DNA of 62,972 bases, the filler included, from Sphacelaria rigidula (Eukaryota): the NCBI GenBank assembly GCA_964200075.2. It is 9 parts of 9 records of this genome, joined end to end, with 100 filler letters (N's around TTAATTAATTAA, not from the genome) between each part and the next. Parts side by side here need not be neighbours in the genome. Positions count along the whole stretch, not along the records: positions 56,065 to 62,972 come from CAXNAA020017471.1; 8 more parts are not named here. One strand, 5' to 3'. Under the pieces are notes generated by a model that was given only the letters and a program-made list of their open reading frames with translations, had not been told where the DNA came from and ran no database searches. Made by a program: the position numbers and the translations under genes. Of this stretch, positions 60,187 to 62,972 are shown piece after piece. Positions within the stretch are counted from its first letter, which is position 1, and each line of letters opens with the position of its first letter.

Positions 60187-62972
60187 AGAATCTTGCGCGA
60201 CCCCTGACTCTCGAGCAACCGTGGTCCACGGAAAACAAAAATAAGAACCGAAGCCCGTGGGCGGGTGTGATCATCAGCGGGTATTACCGACGTTACACGA
60301 GATGACCAGGTAGTAGTACGCGAGTTCAAAATGGTGCCACTCAATGTAGTTGTACGCCATCCGTTCCGACACACAGTTAGTTGGACACTCGATTGAAGTG
60401 CGCCCCAGCAGAAAACAGACACTCCATCGGGCCTGAGACCTCCCGAGGTATACGTAGGTCGGCAAGGAAATGACTAATACATGTAGCTGAGGTATAGGAG
60501 TCACAGACAACACACACTTCACACTTAATCCTATTTTGCTGTCCAAAACTAGATGGAATCCATGTGCTTGAGAAGCAGCACCCGAGACATCCACGCCCTC
60601 AACAATAGATTGCACTATCAAAAGGTGTATAGCGAACAGTTTTGACAATTGCGCCTTTTGCAAGGGACAATATAATCGACACTGTACGCAGTACATTTTT
60701 GGACAATGCAATATATTGTCTAGGGCATGGAAGCATCCAGACCGCACGTTTGCCGGCTTTTCCGTGCAGAAAATGCGTGCGGTACAAACATCAGTGATGT
60801 GACAAATAATCCTGCATTCACTCTTTCTTTGCCAGGCCCAGGAAAGCACGCAATGCAGGTTAGGGGTCAGCTACATAATGCGGAGGAGGGGTGTTTCAAA
60901 GACTTCCAGCAGAGATACAGATGCATCTTGCGTCTTCATGTCCGTGTTGAGGCAGGTTGGTGCTTTTTTTGGTAGGACGCAAATTGTATGATGCTGTACG
61001 TACGCCGAGGAGCAGGGTAATGAAATAAAAAAACCCACACGAGCTCGAAAAATTGGAACCACAGGCATGACAAAATACACGTGGCGAGCTGCTGAAGAAA
61101 GAAGATACCGAAACGATGTGTCCTCAAATAAACTGTTGTTCGCGCGGTGGTCCTCAGTCGAAGAGCTCGAAGCGATTGCAGGCCGTAACAATCGACTGAA
61201 ATAAGGACATGAAGTAGACGCTACACTCGCGGAGCAGTCCACGAGAACGTTTTAACTCGGCATTATTCCATTTTTTCGCTTACTCTTGCCTGCCTAGAAC
61301 ACTTAGCTCCTGGCCAAATGAAGGCGCTGAACGCAGGTTTCGACCAACGCAGATCCAAATAGCATCGAGGGAAAATGCAGCTTCACTTGCTAAATGTTGC
61401 AACGGACACATAACTCCCACTGCATGTACGGAGTAACATCTCCACGTGTATGTACCACACTTCTTTCCAGCGATACAACCAATACCGAAACTTCCAGGAG
61501 AAAAATGGGTGGTGTCACATCTCCATTGCCCACCTGTGTCGAATACAGGCTAAATCCAGCAGTAAGCATTAGCATGATGAGCACAGAGTGAAACATGTGC
61601 TTGATGCTGGTGGGAATATGAGCGCGACAGCGCGGCGGCGTTCAAGCTGCGAGTTGCTCGCTAGTGGCGAAACAATGAATTGAACCATATGAGGCCGTTT
61701 CAGGTAGATTTGTACATAAGGCTGTCATATGCGAAGGGTTGACTACTTGGTTTTCTGCTAAATGTCGCACCCGCAATTTCGCTCTTCAAACACACCTCTG
61801 AACGCCTGCGTTTTTTCGGAGATGTCGCGAGTTTTTGGAACTTGATTTCGTCAGGGTAGATGGCATCACGCGGCGAGTACGCCCGAAGATGATGACAATT
61901 GCAATGTCCTCTCGGGAACGGGGCAAGCGTAGTCGATGAATACTAGGAGCAGGGGCGTCAATGCGTACTTGACTTGACTCTAGTACACAGTGCTTCATCC
62001 AACACTGTATACCGTTGTGTGGGCTGTCAAACACGAAGAGGAGGCTGCTCAATAGACTGCAAACTTGGGACAAATACACAACAGATGTAACAAGTGTCTC
62101 ACGTGCAACACAATGGCACGAAATGGACGTCAGAAGTGGTTCGAGGTTCCAACAACTTGCCATTCCCATGTCTGCTGCTTCCGAGTGATCATGCCGACCA
62201 CACCTCTTATGATCAAAACACCGGGGTTGAAGTTGACAATGTTTTCATCTACACAGCAACTGTTGAGCTCATTCTCCGTGATCTAGACAGCCAAGGCAGA
62301 GCATACCTACCGGGGCAACAAGTGCCAATATGGTCCGCCGTGGTTGGGATTGAAGAGCTAGGTTGAAACGACTACAAGAAGCTGAAGTTAAAATTTCTGA
62401 GGTTATGAGCACAATCTTGGCCTTGCAAGATGGTTGCTGGTAAGCCCTACTTGTGTAGTGAGGGTATACGTTCGGCAGTACAGCGTGAGTTTTGTGTTAT
62501 CGTGTTTCAGATGCCAAAATGCAAAATGATCATCGCGTTTATACAATCAATTCGTCGTTTATGCCAGCTTTTGCGAAATATCGATCGCCGATTCGAACGC
62601 GCTGTGGTCTTTACATGCAACATGGGGTTGAATTTCTTCGAGAACGTAGCCATGTAGGTGTTCCATCCTTGTGTGCCAGCATGACTATGTTTATATTGAT
62701 AAGTCTGCCAACTCTGCGGTACCCCTTGCATGTGTGTGTGGGTGCGTAGCAGGACACTTTCATCAGACGCAGCACTGCACCCTTTCTCTGCAGCTGTGTG
62801 CAACATGAACTCAAACATTGACACTTTCGCTAAATATATATTTTCGACCTCTACGAAATCTGGTCTCTTCCAAGCATTTTCCACAGCCTAGACTTCCCCG
62901 TCCCCCGACGAAGGCCATGACCAGTCTTGTCGGTACGGCGTGGGGAGGGTCTTTTCGGCAGGTGTAGGGCCG

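Overview
This is eukaryotic, intron-containing, repeat-rich DNA. Its repeat and gene style suggests a stramenopile, probably a brown alga; this is inference, not proven. The window is not contiguous. It is nine 6908-nt segments joined by eight identical artificial 100-nt linkers (44 N + TTAATTAATTAA + 44 N, every 7008 nt), so nothing should be linked across linkers. Segment 1 holds five 3' exons of a spliced type I DnaJ/Hsp40 gene (minus strand), with one intron that needs a GC-AG donor. Segment 2 holds a degraded Ty3/gypsy element whose integrase is interrupted by a GAG..CTC MITE. Segment 3 has tRNA-fragment-bearing palindromes and a degraded gag-like gene preceded by an extra unknown ORF. 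Segment 4 has a gypsy pol whose integrase carries a chromodomain plus a further, possibly Tudor/SH3-like, C-terminal extension. Segment 5 has a nest of Harbinger/Tourist-like MITEs inserted into each other's TIRs. Segment 6 has a low-complexity exon, microsatellites and MITEs. Segment 7 has GAGTA repeats and a mariner remnant. Segment 8 has a copia remnant and a 1.46-kb foldback element. Segment 9 has mariner- and piggyBac-like MITEs and an unresolved degenerate coding region. No rRNA, intact tRNA or CRISPR array was found. The most interesting candidates are the chromo + extra-domain integrase, the hairpin/tRNA-derived repeats and the apparently self-targeting MITE nest.
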